NCBI GenBank assembly: GCA_045637165.1
Contig: JAZTYU010000009.1
Coordinates: 17,456-81,455, forward strand
DNA: 64,000 bases
Source of the DNA: Candidatus Enterousia sp.
Lineage (GTDB): Bacteria > Pseudomonadota > Alphaproteobacteria > Rs-D84
Direction: 5' to 3'
Shown here in pieces: positions 37,573 to 46,808 of this stretch. The position numbers were made by a program, and so were the translations under genes. Numbering within the stretch: the first letter of the stretch is position 1; each line of letters opens with the position of its first letter. Under the pieces are notes generated by a model. The model did not search any database. It was not told where the DNA came from and worked only from the letters and a program-made list of their open reading frames with translations.

Positions 37573-39114
37573 TTAAAATCCGATATTTACCCCCGTTGAT
37601 AATTGCCAGGCCCTTACGTTCCCTGTCTGTAATGCACCTATGCTTATTTGACCACCTGCCATATCAAATTCAGACCACACAGACATATACCCCAAAACGC
37701 TATATTGATTTTCTGTCCCAAATTTGGTCAAAACACCGTAATCATATCGCACCCCCAGTAATTCAAAACCATATCCAAACTCAGCCCCCACACATCCAGT
37801 CCATTGAAAATCTGTCTCATCTGCAACCTTGTCTAAATTTGCTGCAATACCAACCTGCGGTCTAATAAAAAGTGAATCGCTAAAATTAAAATTCCACCCA
37901 TAATCAAATGTTGCAACACCCGACAAGACATCTGGATTTGAAATAAATTTATTATCATACAAGACCTCGCTTATATCGGTTTTAATTTTTATTCCTTGAA
38001 AATTTACACTGATAAAATTTTCTTCTGACAACTGATATTCTGCCGCCACCCCAAGACCATAAAACAAGCCTCTAAACGAATCGATTTCTGATGAATATTT
38101 TAATTCACCAGTGCAAACACGTCCGTCTATCTTTAACATACTATCAAAATTATAACCTACCCCAAGTTCCATCCCATACCCAGCAAAGTCATCTGCAAAT
38201 AAACCCAAGGCCCCGGCATAAAATTTATCTGGCACTGAATGATTTGGCACAAACCCCATATTTAACATTCGCCCAACTGATGCCAACACCCCTGGATTAA
38301 AACGCACAGAACGCTGCATTATATTTTCCAGGGCCGACCTATCCTGTGCCAAATCCAGTGCTGCAAGCAAAGCATCATCTGCTTTATTTATCCTCAACTG
38401 ATTTAGCAGTTTTCCACGTTTATCATTTCCCAGCACACGAACATAGTCCGTCTCACGTTCACGACGCACTTTTAAAACACCATCTTGAACAAATCCCACA
38501 TCAACGAACATTGAATCTAATGTTTTATCAACCAAACTAACCGTTCCACTACCCAAAACATTTTCAAAAATACTACCTCCATAAAACTCTGTAAAATCGT
38601 CTGCATACAGCCTAACACTTCCATCCAATTCCAGTTGAACATCAGCACCTACATTTACCCCTGTAATATCCAACAAACTGTTTTGTAAAACAATCCGCTT
38701 TGCCCCAGAAAAATTTTCAACGACATCCGCCAAACGAATACCATCTGCCCCACTTACCAAAACACTATATTCCGAATCGATATCCAGACTTGAAATATCC
38801 CCCTGCTCTGCGACAACTGCAATCACCTGTGCATTATTTCCTAACTGAACATTTGCAACAAAATCGCCACTATTTTTCACATATAAACTACACCCATCAC
38901 ACACGACAATATCGCTGTGAAACATACCACGATTTTCAACCCGCACTGAATTTTGAATAATCACCGAATCTGGCACAAAATAAATATTTTCCTGAACAAC
39001 AAAATCTGTATCCCAATTTATATTTCCACCATAAACATCAGACGCAACAGTTGCCCCCACTGCAATATCAGCGATAAAAAAGCACACAACCAAAGACAGC
39101 CAAAACAATCTCAT
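37573..39114 (-). CDS. Autotransporter-like outer-membrane protein (passenger plus C-terminal beta-barrel)
   Basis: Signal peptide MRLFWLSLVVCFFIADIAVGA; C-terminal ~250 aa of alternating amphipathic strands rich in G/Y/F, ending ...WQLSTGVNIGF (terminal aromatic). Confidence 0.6.
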   Translation of the reverse strand: MRLFWLSLVVCFFIADIAVGATVASDVYGGNINWDTDFVVQENIYFVPDSVIIQNSVRVENRGMFHSDIVVCDGCSLYVKNSGDFVANVQLGNNAQVIAVVAEQGDISSLDIDSEYSVLVSGADGIRLADVVENFSGAKRIVLQNSLLDITGVNVGADVQLELDGSVRLYADDFTEFYGGSIFENVLGSGTVSLVDKTLDSMFVDVGFVQDGVLKVRRERETDYVRVLGNDKRGKLLNQLRINKADDALLAALDLAQDRSALENIMQRSVRFNPGVLASVGRMLNMGFVPNHSVPDKFYAGALGLFADDFAGYGMELGVGYNFDSMLKIDGRVCTGELKYSSEIDSFRGLFYGLGVAAEYQLSEENFISVNFQGIKIKTDISEVLYDNKFISNPDVLSGVATFDYGWNFNFSDSLFIRPQVGIAANLDKVADETDFQWTGCVGAEFGYGFELLGVRYDYGVLTKFGTENQYSVLGYMSVWSEFDMAGGQISIGALQTGNVRAWQLSTGVNIGF

Positions 39115-39169
39115 TACTTTTTCTCTGGCCGAATACTAACACACCAGAAAACATTCATAAAGCACTAAA

Positions 39170-39202
39170 CAAAAAACACCCCAAAAATCGGGGTGTTTTT
39201 GT
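39170..39202 (-). terminator. Intrinsic terminator after the 39226 lipoprotein gene
   Basis: acacccc-aaaaatc-ggggtgt hairpin with TTTTTTG on the minus strand. Confidence 0.6.
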
Positions 39203-39225
39203 TTGCATACGATAAATCCAGATAA

Positions 39226-39786
39226 TTACTTTTCCAATTTACCCCAACCTGCTTTATATCCACCATCACGTTCCAGATAGATATTTGCACCATTTAATTG
39301 GGCTGCACTCATTCCCTGAATCATATAAGTCTGATTCAAGCGACCACTTTGCCCCGTCTGCAACATAGGCAAATTCATATCAAAGCGTTTTGCTTCATTA
39401 CAACACTTGGCGTCATTATAGCAGGATGCACATTGATACAATTTTACATTATATTGCACACCTGGACGCATATCCTTCAAATCAACCATCATTTTCAAAC
39501 CATTATCTGTATCTTTGAACTTGATATGTCCCATTTTTGATTCACCGCCACGACTGCTGTGGGTGTACATTTTTGCATAGACACTATTTACATCAGCATT
39601 TTCGTATGTCTGATAAACGACAATTGTATCAGTTGCCTCAACAACTTCTACGGGTTGTGCATGTTGAACTTTTTTATGATGATGTGTCATTTTTTTATTT
39701 GGACATTCCATCATACATCCTGACAACAACACCGCAACCCCAAAGATTGATGCAAACATAAACATTTTTTTTGTAAAGTTTTTCAT
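39226..39786 (-). CDS. Lipoprotein with weak Cu/Zn-superoxide-dismutase-like fold, apparently lacking metal-ligand histidines
   Basis: Lipobox LLSGC; His-rich segment HHHKKVQH; MGHIKFKDTDNGLKMMVDLKDMRPGVQYNVKLYQ aligns loosely with the SodC beta-barrel (GSVTITETDKGLEF...PGEHGFHIH), but the HxH ligands are replaced. Confidence 0.35.
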   Translation of the reverse strand: MKNFTKKMFMFASIFGVAVLLSGCMMECPNKKMTHHHKKVQHAQPVEVVEATDTIVVYQTYENADVNSVYAKMYTHSSRGGESKMGHIKFKDTDNGLKMMVDLKDMRPGVQYNVKLYQCASCYNDAKCCNEAKRFDMNLPMLQTGQSGRLNQTYMIQGMSAAQLNGANIYLERDGGYKAGWGKLEK

Positions 39787-39986
39787 AATTTTCTCCTTTT
39801 TGTTCCTTTATATGGACGCAATACATTTTACTATATTTTTCTATTGATTACCCCAGGTTTGAATACCTAAATTTCCCCAGATTCATTGCGTATAGCCATT
39901 TTTATTGAAACCAATCCTATACAAATAAAAAACTGAATTTGATATTTTATAAAATGCTTAACCGCTACAAACAAAAAGGAACAAAA

Positions 39987-40343
39987 ATGTATGAATTGAT
40001 GCAACATTTAATCGCATTTAAATATGCATGCAAAATAAACCATTGGTCAACAGACGACTATTCTGCCCACCTATTATTTGACCGTCTTCACGAAGACATC
40101 GACACCTGGGTCGATTCGATTGCAGAAACATATTTTATGGCGAACAACAATAAAAAAGTTTTCAAACCCGATATCCTAAATCCAAAATTTATAAATCAAA
40201 ACCTGGTCAAGGCCTGTGAAACAATTATTTCCCACCTTGAAGAATTACAAAACGATAATGAAAATAACGAAGGCGAAAAATCACTACTTGGCGACATTGA
40301 ATCCGGCTTTTTAAATAAACTTGCCCTGGCAAAACTAACCTAA
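39987..40343 (+). CDS. Short Dps/ferritin-like protein (118 aa)
   Basis: LIAFKYACKINHWSTDDYSAHLLFDRLHEDIDTWVDSIAE resembles the Dps N-terminal helices (HW..G..F..lH..fee.......D.iAE). The ORF track starts at 39939; the ATG at 39987 has a better context. Confidence 0.4.
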   Translation: MYELMQHLIAFKYACKINHWSTDDYSAHLLFDRLHEDIDTWVDSIAETYFMANNNKKVFKPDILNPKFINQNLVKACETIISHLEELQNDNENNEGEKSLLGDIESGFLNKLALAKLT

Positions 40344-40360
40344 AGCCCTAAAACTAACCA

Positions 40361-40393
40361 CCCCACACACAAAAGTGTGGGGATTTTTTTTTT
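40361..40393 (+). terminator. Intrinsic terminator
   Basis: ccccacac-acaaaa-gtgtgggg followed by a 10-T run. Confidence 0.8.
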
Positions 40394-40394
40394 G

Positions 40395-40420
40395 CAAAAA
40401 AACGCCCCAAACGGGGCGTT
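40395..40420 (-). terminator. Intrinsic terminator after the OMP gene
   Basis: cgcccc-aaac-ggggcg hairpin with a T-run on the minus strand. Confidence 0.7.
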
Positions 40421-40433
40421 CAGGTGATTTACA

Positions 40434-41045
40434 TCAGAACATAAATCTGATACCAACATCACCACCAAAGTTATGCAATCCAGACTGGATATCAACATAT
40501 GTATAACGTGCAGCCAAATCAACTGCAAAGCGTTCCATATCGAACGTCACACCCATTGTTCCCATCCCAGAAAAGCGTGTTTTGCTTTCGCTGTGATGTG
40601 GCACCAAATCACCGTGACGTTTAACATCTGTGAACGCAACACCCGCCCCCAGACCTACGAATGGGCGAACAATTTTATAGTCGCCAAATTCCCAGTAATT
40701 ATTCCACAACAACGTCTGCATTTTGGCTTCGACATCGATACCACCTGCGGCACCGAACTTTTCTTGATCAGATGTTTTACCAAAATACGTCCATTCAATT
40801 TCAGAACGCACAGTATCACACACTTCCAAACCTAATGCGGCCCGTCCCTGGAAAATATAATCTGTAATAGATTCTTTATTACCATCATATTTATAATTCA
40901 GGTTTGTATAGCTCATACCGCCACGCAGTCCGATATATGGGTCCATACCCCACATTTGCCAACTGCTACCCTGGTCTGGGTGATTTATTGCGAACGCCGG
41001 GCACGCAATCAGCACCGCCAGTGTTGAAATAGCTAACTTTTTCAT
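40434..41045 (-). CDS. Small outer-membrane beta-barrel protein (OmpA-like/OmpW-like 8-strand family)
   Basis: Signal peptide MKKLAISTLAVLIACPAFA; alternating aromatic beta-strands; C-terminal ...DVGIRFMF. Confidence 0.6.
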   Translation of the reverse strand: MKKLAISTLAVLIACPAFAINHPDQGSSWQMWGMDPYIGLRGGMSYTNLNYKYDGNKESITDYIFQGRAALGLEVCDTVRSEIEWTYFGKTSDQEKFGAAGGIDVEAKMQTLLWNNYWEFGDYKIVRPFVGLGAGVAFTDVKRHGDLVPHHSESKTRFSGMGTMGVTFDMERFAVDLAARYTYVDIQSGLHNFGGDVGIRFMF

Positions 41046-41173
41046 TTTCTCTCCTTTTTGTATTTTTTTGTTATGTCAAAGTTTCATGTCAACACCCATA
41101 TTCTATCAAGGCAATATAAATATTTACATAGGTATGAATCCCTGGCAGCAATTCGCTTATTATTTATAAAAAA

Positions 41174-41201
41174 TAAAAAACCGGCCACACTACGACCGGT
41201 A
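41174..41201 (-). terminator. Probable terminator after tRNA-Lys
   Basis: accgg...ccggt hairpin followed by a T-rich run on the minus strand. Confidence 0.4.
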
Positions 41202-41206
41202 ATTTC

Positions 41207-41282
41207 TGGTGGACGCGCAGGGACTCGAACCCTGGACCCACTGATTAAGAGTCAGTTGCTCTACCAACTGAGCTACGCATCC
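41207..41282 (-). tRNA. tRNA-Lys (anticodon CTT), CCA encoded
   Basis: Reverse complement GGATGCGTAGCTCAGTTGGTAGAGCAACTGACTCTTAATCAGTGGGTCCAGGGTTCGAGTCCCTGCGCGTCCACCA is 76 nt with anticodon loop CTCTTAA. Confidence 0.9.
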
Positions 41283-41418
41283 AGAACTATATTTTTCAAT
41301 CAGCGCGATAATTATATCCTTTTTTCCAGAAAATGCAAGCCTTTATAATCTTATTTACATTTCCCATAAAATGCTTATAAAATACATACTTTTACACAAT
41401 GGGAAAAGGAAAAAGCAT

Positions 41419-42384
41419 ATGGTAAACAATTCAGCAATATTAGAAAAAATTGGTTTCACAACCATCCCACACGACATATCCAATATTGACGCATCGCCAG
41501 ACAAAATCAGAAATTGGTTAAATTCGATTGATTTTGATTCAGCCTTGCAATTTTACAATCTAAATGAGCACACAGAATTTCAAAAATTATTCCATGAATA
41601 TACAGCACAATTTAATTCTAATTCCAACTTACAAGCCGGTGCATACATTCTAAGCAATTATTTATTTGCACCAAACAAATACAACTGGACACATGATTTA
41701 AAACGAAAAACGATTGACCCCCTACCCGCATTAATACTGCTGTCAGGCTATAAAACACACCAAGATAACATGGAATCCAGAAAATTTGATGACTATCAAG
41801 AAAACAAACACCGATACAGAATAAATGAAACATGCACACGCGGTCTGGACGTATATAAAATACAAGGTTCTGAAATATCACAACTAATCTGGGGCAGTTT
41901 TTTTATCAATGCACACATTATCGAATTTGGACGTCTGCAATATGAATTGATAAAATACGATTACCAGATTCCAAACTTTACCCCAAAACACGAATATTGC
42001 ATAAACATTCATGTACCACGTGGTCAGAAATTATCAAACGATTCGGTTTCAAAATCACTGGCAAATGCCCACAAAAAGATCCCTACATATTTCCCAGAAG
42101 CCCCCAAACACCCCGACATGTTTATTGACAGTTGGCTGATGGATAAAAATCTAAAACCTTATCTGCCCACAGAATCAAACATCCGTTTATTTCGCGAGCG
42201 TTTTGAAACACTGCAACACCTGCCCGAATCCAGTCTATCAAAATTTTTATTTAACACATCATCATCCGACATATCCAAATACCCTTCTGACACATACCTA
42301 CGTCAACGCATAAAAACAGCATTATTAAACGGCGAAAAATTTCATGATGGAATCGCCTTGCTAAAACAACCACATACGCGATAA
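41419..42384 (+). CDS. Hypothetical protein (~321 aa)
   Basis: Long ORF with no recognised domain. Start is ambiguous (ORF track 41371; MVNNSAILEK at 41419). It ends at the aaaaccgcctatacggcggtttt terminator. Confidence 0.45.
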   Translation: MVNNSAILEKIGFTTIPHDISNIDASPDKIRNWLNSIDFDSALQFYNLNEHTEFQKLFHEYTAQFNSNSNLQAGAYILSNYLFAPNKYNWTHDLKRKTIDPLPALILLSGYKTHQDNMESRKFDDYQENKHRYRINETCTRGLDVYKIQGSEISQLIWGSFFINAHIIEFGRLQYELIKYDYQIPNFTPKHEYCINIHVPRGQKLSNDSVSKSLANAHKKIPTYFPEAPKHPDMFIDSWLMDKNLKPYLPTESNIRLFRERFETLQHLPESSLSKFLFNTSSSDISKYPSDTYLRQRIKTALLNGEKFHDGIALLKQPHTR

Positions 42385-42385
42385 T

Positions 42386-42412
42386 AAAAAACCGCCTATA
42401 CGGCGGTTTTAC
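42386..42412 (+). terminator. Intrinsic terminator (ccgcc-tatac-ggcgg), identical to the one at 63246
   Basis: aaaaaaccgcctatacggcggtttt. Confidence 0.75.
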
Positions 42413-43623
42413 TATATTTTTTCACATTTAACCATCATACACTTTGGTCGCAACTCTACGCTTTTTATATCTTTTACCGTCTGGGTCCCTGCCAACCACA
42501 TTACTCGCTTTAAATCTTGCTTTAACCAGTCAAAGACCGCCACAACACCACGCCAACCACCTAATGCCAAACCATATATCAATGGACGTCCGATTGCGAC
42601 AACATCTGCACCGCTTGCAATTGCTTTGAAAACATCTTGACCACGCCGAACCCCACTGTCAAATATAATCGGCACACGCTTATCCACTTGCTTTGCAATT
42701 TCTGGCAAAACTTCAAACGCCCCTGGTGCCCCATCAAGTTGTCGTCCACCATGATTAGAAACCCATATTGCATCTGCACCACTAATGATTGCAATTTCTG
42801 CATCTTCGGGATGTTGAATTCCTTTGACAATCACAGGCAACCGGGTCATCGATTTCACCCGCATAACATCATATGGGGTCAGTTCATTTTGTGCCGCCGC
42901 AAAGACCTTGCTTATCCCACGCCCTTTTGTCTTGATTGATGTTTTTGCAACATTTGGCAATTCCAATGGGAATTTAAAGTCATTTCTAACATCTGCGATT
43001 CGGTATCCTCCAACTGGTGCATCAACGGTCAAGATTATTGCACTATACCCCAAATCTTCTGCCTGGCGTATTATTTTACGATTAAAGTCATCATCTTTAC
43101 TCAAATATAATTGAAACCACTGCGGTGCACCCTTACCTGCTTTGGCAATTTCCGCCAACGTAGAACTTGCATAATTACTAACACTCATTATAGTTCCTGC
43201 GACTGCTGCCCCACGTGCTGTTCCTGCCTCTGCGGAAACATGTGCCAACCCATGTGCCGCCGCTGGTGCCACAATCACAGGCAACGCAATATCAATCCCC
43301 AAAATAGATGTCCGTGTGCTGGGGTCATTTACACCTGTCAAAACACGTGGATAAATATCCACCATATCAAACGCCGTTTCATTTCTATGCATTGTGCCTT
43401 CTGTTTCTGCCCCACCCTGAATATATCCAAATCCACCTTCTGGGATAACCTGTGCGGCCATCTCTTCCAAATCAAGAATATCGACAATTTTTATATCTTC
43501 ATCCAGCGTTGACGCCTGATATTCATCAATCGAATTAGTTACACCACTATGCAATCTTGAAACCAGCCAAACAACCAACAACACGACCAAAATCACAGAC
43601 AATATAAAAATCAGCTTTTTCAT
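42412..43623 (-). CDS. Membrane-anchored FMN-dependent alpha-hydroxy-acid dehydrogenase/oxidase (L-lactate dehydrogenase LldD / glycolate oxidase family)
   Basis: N-terminal TM (MKKLIFILSVILVVLLVVWLV); FMN-dependent dehydrogenase signature SNHGGRQLDGAP; TIM-barrel motifs (IVKGI, DSGVRRGQDV). ORF track extends to 43692. Confidence 0.75.
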   Translation of the reverse strand: MKKLIFILSVILVVLLVVWLVSRLHSGVTNSIDEYQASTLDEDIKIVDILDLEEMAAQVIPEGGFGYIQGGAETEGTMHRNETAFDMVDIYPRVLTGVNDPSTRTSILGIDIALPVIVAPAAAHGLAHVSAEAGTARGAAVAGTIMSVSNYASSTLAEIAKAGKGAPQWFQLYLSKDDDFNRKIIRQAEDLGYSAIILTVDAPVGGYRIADVRNDFKFPLELPNVAKTSIKTKGRGISKVFAAAQNELTPYDVMRVKSMTRLPVIVKGIQHPEDAEIAIISGADAIWVSNHGGRQLDGAPGAFEVLPEIAKQVDKRVPIIFDSGVRRGQDVFKAIASGADVVAIGRPLIYGLALGGWRGVVAVFDWLKQDLKRVMWLAGTQTVKDIKSVELRPKCMMVKCEKI

Positions 43624-43721
43624 TTTCTTTCTCCCTTTGTTATGACAAATTCTAACAAAACAGATTAAAAAAACTGATTTGACAGTATTCACAAAAACAA
43701 AGCCGCAATAAATGCGGCATT

Positions 43722-45188
43722 TTATTTTTTCAAGTATTCTGTTGGATTATACGCCTTGGTTCCCTTGCGAATTTCAAAGTGTAATTGCGGACTATCCACC
43801 TTGCCTGTTTTTCCAACAACACCAATTTTCTGACCAACACTAACCTTGGTTCCACGACGCACAGTCATTGCATCCATATGGGCATAGACCGTCATCCAAC
43901 CTGCATCGTGCTGAATAATAATTAAATTTCCCATACCCTTTACTTCATTTCCTGCATATGCCACCACGCCGTTTTCCGACGCCTTGACCACAGTTCCTGA
44001 TTTTGCACTAATATTTATCCCGTCATTAAACAGACCATTTGATTTTGCCCCATACCCAGACAAGATTTTTCCACGCACAGGCCACGAAAACTTCGACGAC
44101 GTGCGCGCTGTAATCTTTGGCAATTTCTTTGTAGGGTCCGAAGAAATCTTTTTCTCGGTCGTTGTTTTTACAGCCTTGGTTTCCTTGGCAACTTCAACCG
44201 TCTTTACAGGCTCAGTCTTTTCAACTTTCACGACCTTTACGCCAGAATTCTGGGCTTTTTCAGAAACATTTTGTATTGTTTTATTTTGTTCGGTCTTTGA
44301 CGTGCCGCTGATTTTTTCTGAAACTTCTATCTTTGCCACTGGTGCCTGGGCCAGGTTTGGAACACGAATTTTTTGCCCGACACTTAAACTAAATGGCACA
44401 CTTAAATTATTCATTACCGCCAAATCATTTACCGGCACCGAATATTTTCTGGACAATGAATATAATGTATCCCCAGGTTGAACAACAACATCAATCAAGC
44501 CAACACGTGTGGCAGTCTGAACCCCTGAAACAGGCTTTGCAATCTTCAAGACATCTTCATCAGATTCCATAACCTTGACCTGCCCTGCGACCTGCAAATT
44601 CTGTCCAACCTTTAATACGTATGGCACCTGTAAATTATTTAGTGCTGCAATATCTTCTACCGATGTCCTGTGTTGTTGTGCCAGTTTATACAACGTATCA
44701 CCTGGCTGAACAATAATTTCAGTCGTCTTTACTTCTGTCTGTGGTCCACCATACATTGGCACTAACAAGTAATCAGTTGATGGTGCTGCCTGAACAACAT
44801 GTTCATCTGTTGCAACTTCATCATCATCTTCTTTATCGACAAAACTAAAATCTTTACCTGCCCCATCAACTTCATCTGCTGCAATAATTTCATTATCCTG
44901 GGGCGGAACGATATAATCATCAACAGACGCATAAACAACATAGTCATCAGACGTATCCGTTCCATATAATTCTGGGGATGCATACACGCCATAGTCCGTC
45001 ACCGCAGAATTATAAATTTCTGGATAAACATTTGGGTCCGCCAACAATGCTGGATATCTATCGGAAATAAATTCGCCCACAGAATCAGGCAACGACATAA
45101 TTTTTGGTCTCAAATCACACGCTGTCAGCGTGCAAAGAATACCACCTAAAATCAAACTGATTTTTTTCACGCTATAATTATAGCACAA
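43722..45188 (-). CDS. nlpD: LysM-domain lipoprotein with C-terminal M23 peptidase domain (NlpD-like)
   Basis: Lipobox LTAC; two LysM repeats (VQPGDTLYKLAQQH..., VQPGDTLYSLSRKY...); M23 domain (GINISAKSGTVVKASENGVVAYAGNEVKGMGNLIIIQHDAGWMTVYAHMD). Confidence 0.75.
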   Translation of the reverse strand: MCYNYSVKKISLILGGILCTLTACDLRPKIMSLPDSVGEFISDRYPALLADPNVYPEIYNSAVTDYGVYASPELYGTDTSDDYVVYASVDDYIVPPQDNEIIAADEVDGAGKDFSFVDKEDDDEVATDEHVVQAAPSTDYLLVPMYGGPQTEVKTTEIIVQPGDTLYKLAQQHRTSVEDIAALNNLQVPYVLKVGQNLQVAGQVKVMESDEDVLKIAKPVSGVQTATRVGLIDVVVQPGDTLYSLSRKYSVPVNDLAVMNNLSVPFSLSVGQKIRVPNLAQAPVAKIEVSEKISGTSKTEQNKTIQNVSEKAQNSGVKVVKVEKTEPVKTVEVAKETKAVKTTTEKKISSDPTKKLPKITARTSSKFSWPVRGKILSGYGAKSNGLFNDGINISAKSGTVVKASENGVVAYAGNEVKGMGNLIIIQHDAGWMTVYAHMDAMTVRRGTKVSVGQKIGVVGKTGKVDSPQLHFEIRKGTKAYNPTEYLKK

Positions 45189-45193
45189 AAAGC

Positions 45194-45898
45194 CTACTTT
45201 CGCATAAACAAAATGCTAACCTCAAACAGCAACCACATTGGCACCGCCAGCACAACCTGGGACACTATATCAGGTGGTGTTAAAATTGCTGCCACAATCA
45301 CAATAAATATAATTGCATAGCGTCGCATTTTCAGAACCTGCGTGCGTTGCAAAATCCCAACCCTATTTAACAAAACCATTACCAACGGCAACTGAAACGC
45401 CACACCAAAAACCTTTAACAACCCGATTGCAAAAGTTAAATAATCCCGTGCAGCCGGCAACAAAACACTTGGCACAGATGCTGTCTGGTTTAATTCTACA
45501 AAGAACTTAAATACAATCGGGAACAAGAAATAAAAGGCAAACGCCGCCCCTGCACAAAATAAAATTGGCGACATCACTAACACAGGCCAAATAAACCTTC
45601 TTTCATTTTCCTTTAATCCTGGTGCAACAAACGCCCACAGATGCCACAGCCCCACCGGCAAAATAACAACCAACGCAAACATTGCCGCCAACGAAAACTG
45701 AATCATCAAACCATCTGACAGCCCAACATATAACAATGCCCCATCAGGCCAAACATTTAATAAAGGCTGTGTTAAAAAACTTTGAATAACGGGGGCTATC
45801 CATAACCCTGCCCCAAACGCCAAAACAAAAATCAACGCACACCACAAAATTCTGCGACGCAGTTCAGAAAAATGCTGCAACAAAGTCATTTTTTTCAT
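45194..45898 (-). CDS. tatC: Sec-independent protein translocase TatC
   Basis: 6-TM protein with LTLLQHFSELRRRILW N-terminus typical of TatC. Confidence 0.85.
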   Translation of the reverse strand: MKKMTLLQHFSELRRRILWCALIFVLAFGAGLWIAPVIQSFLTQPLLNVWPDGALLYVGLSDGLMIQFSLAAMFALVVILPVGLWHLWAFVAPGLKENERRFIWPVLVMSPILFCAGAAFAFYFLFPIVFKFFVELNQTASVPSVLLPAARDYLTFAIGLLKVFGVAFQLPLVMVLLNRVGILQRTQVLKMRRYAIIFIVIVAAILTPPDIVSQVVLAVPMWLLFEVSILFMRK

Positions 45899-46185
45899 TT
45901 TTGCTTTGCCTTTTTCTTTACTGTTTTTTTAGGTTTTGGCAATACCGATGAAAAACTGTCAATTACATCATCAGCAGTATTTTTCAGCAAATCATCAATA
46001 GGTTTTTCCAGTTCAATTTGTTGTTTAATATTTTCGGATGCATCTGTAATTTTCCAAACCATCTGACGCACAAATTTGACACATCGTGCCAAAAAACGTG
46101 CAACATCAGGCCACAACCGTGCAGGTACAACCAACACGGCCACCAATAAAATCACAAAAAATTCAGCCCAACTAATACCAAACAT
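45895..46185 (-). CDS. tatB: Sec-independent translocase TatB (TatA/B family)
   Basis: MFGISWAEFFVILLVAVLVVPARLWP resembles the TatB N-terminus (MFDIGFSELLLV...GPQRLP); overlaps the tatC start. Confidence 0.6.
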   Translation of the reverse strand: MFGISWAEFFVILLVAVLVVPARLWPDVARFLARCVKFVRQMVWKITDASENIKQQIELEKPIDDLLKNTADDVIDSFSSVLPKPKKTVKKKAKQK

Positions 46186-46193
46186 TGCATTAT

Positions 46194-46808
46194 TTAATCA
46201 TAGTAATCATCACCACCACTGGTGCTAACTATTTTATGTCTTTGAATCTGGAAAAAGTTTTTACCAAAACTTGTTTTTTCTTTCAGATTCCTAAACACCA
46301 CATCAGTTGTCGTCCCCGTTGCATCGACCACAGTCCACGAATTCAATTTCACAGGACTTTTATCAAATACCACAACCATATATCCCAAACCTTCCTGCCC
46401 TTTCAGATTCATCTTTAACGCAAAAGAATTTTTCCAATCAGTAGTTTCAACAACATTTATATCGGCATTTGTCAGATTGATATTTTTTCTGATTAAAATA
46501 CCTGCTGGCGTGCTGGTAATCGGCACAGTTGTAATCTGGTCTAACGACTTATCAAAGAAATACAAATCCTGTCCATCTGCAATCAACTGAACCGGCATAT
46601 TGTCATAATCTAGCCGCACACGTCCCGGCCGCAACATTGCAAAATCCCCAGCCTGTTGATTACCATTGGCGGTCTGAACAAACTTACCTTCCAGCCCCGT
46701 CACAGCATTTAAGTAATTTTCCGCCTTGCTTACTAATTTTGAATCAACGGCGGCACCTGCCCCCGACACAATCAACATCGCAAATAATGCAAACAAAACT
46801 CTTCTCAT
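46194..46808 (-). CDS. lolA: Outer-membrane lipoprotein carrier protein LolA-like
   Basis: Signal peptide MRRVLFALFAMLIVSGAGAA; ~180 aa beta-rich periplasmic protein with F.Q and LW.YD-like segments. Confidence 0.55.
   Translation of the reverse strand: MRRVLFALFAMLIVSGAGAAVDSKLVSKAENYLNAVTGLEGKFVQTANGNQQAGDFAMLRPGRVRLDYDNMPVQLIADGQDLYFFDKSLDQITTVPITSTPAGILIRKNINLTNADINVVETTDWKNSFALKMNLKGQEGLGYMVVVFDKSPVKLNSWTVVDATGTTTDVVFRNLKEKTSFGKNFFQIQRHKIVSTSGGDDYYD

Noticed and set aside
41207-41282. tRNA with anticodon TTA (ochre suppressor)
   Set aside because: A first parse of the anticodon loop put TTA at positions 34-36. The correct 5-bp stem (ACTGA/TCAGT) gives loop CTCTTAA and anticodon CTT, an ordinary tRNA-Lys.
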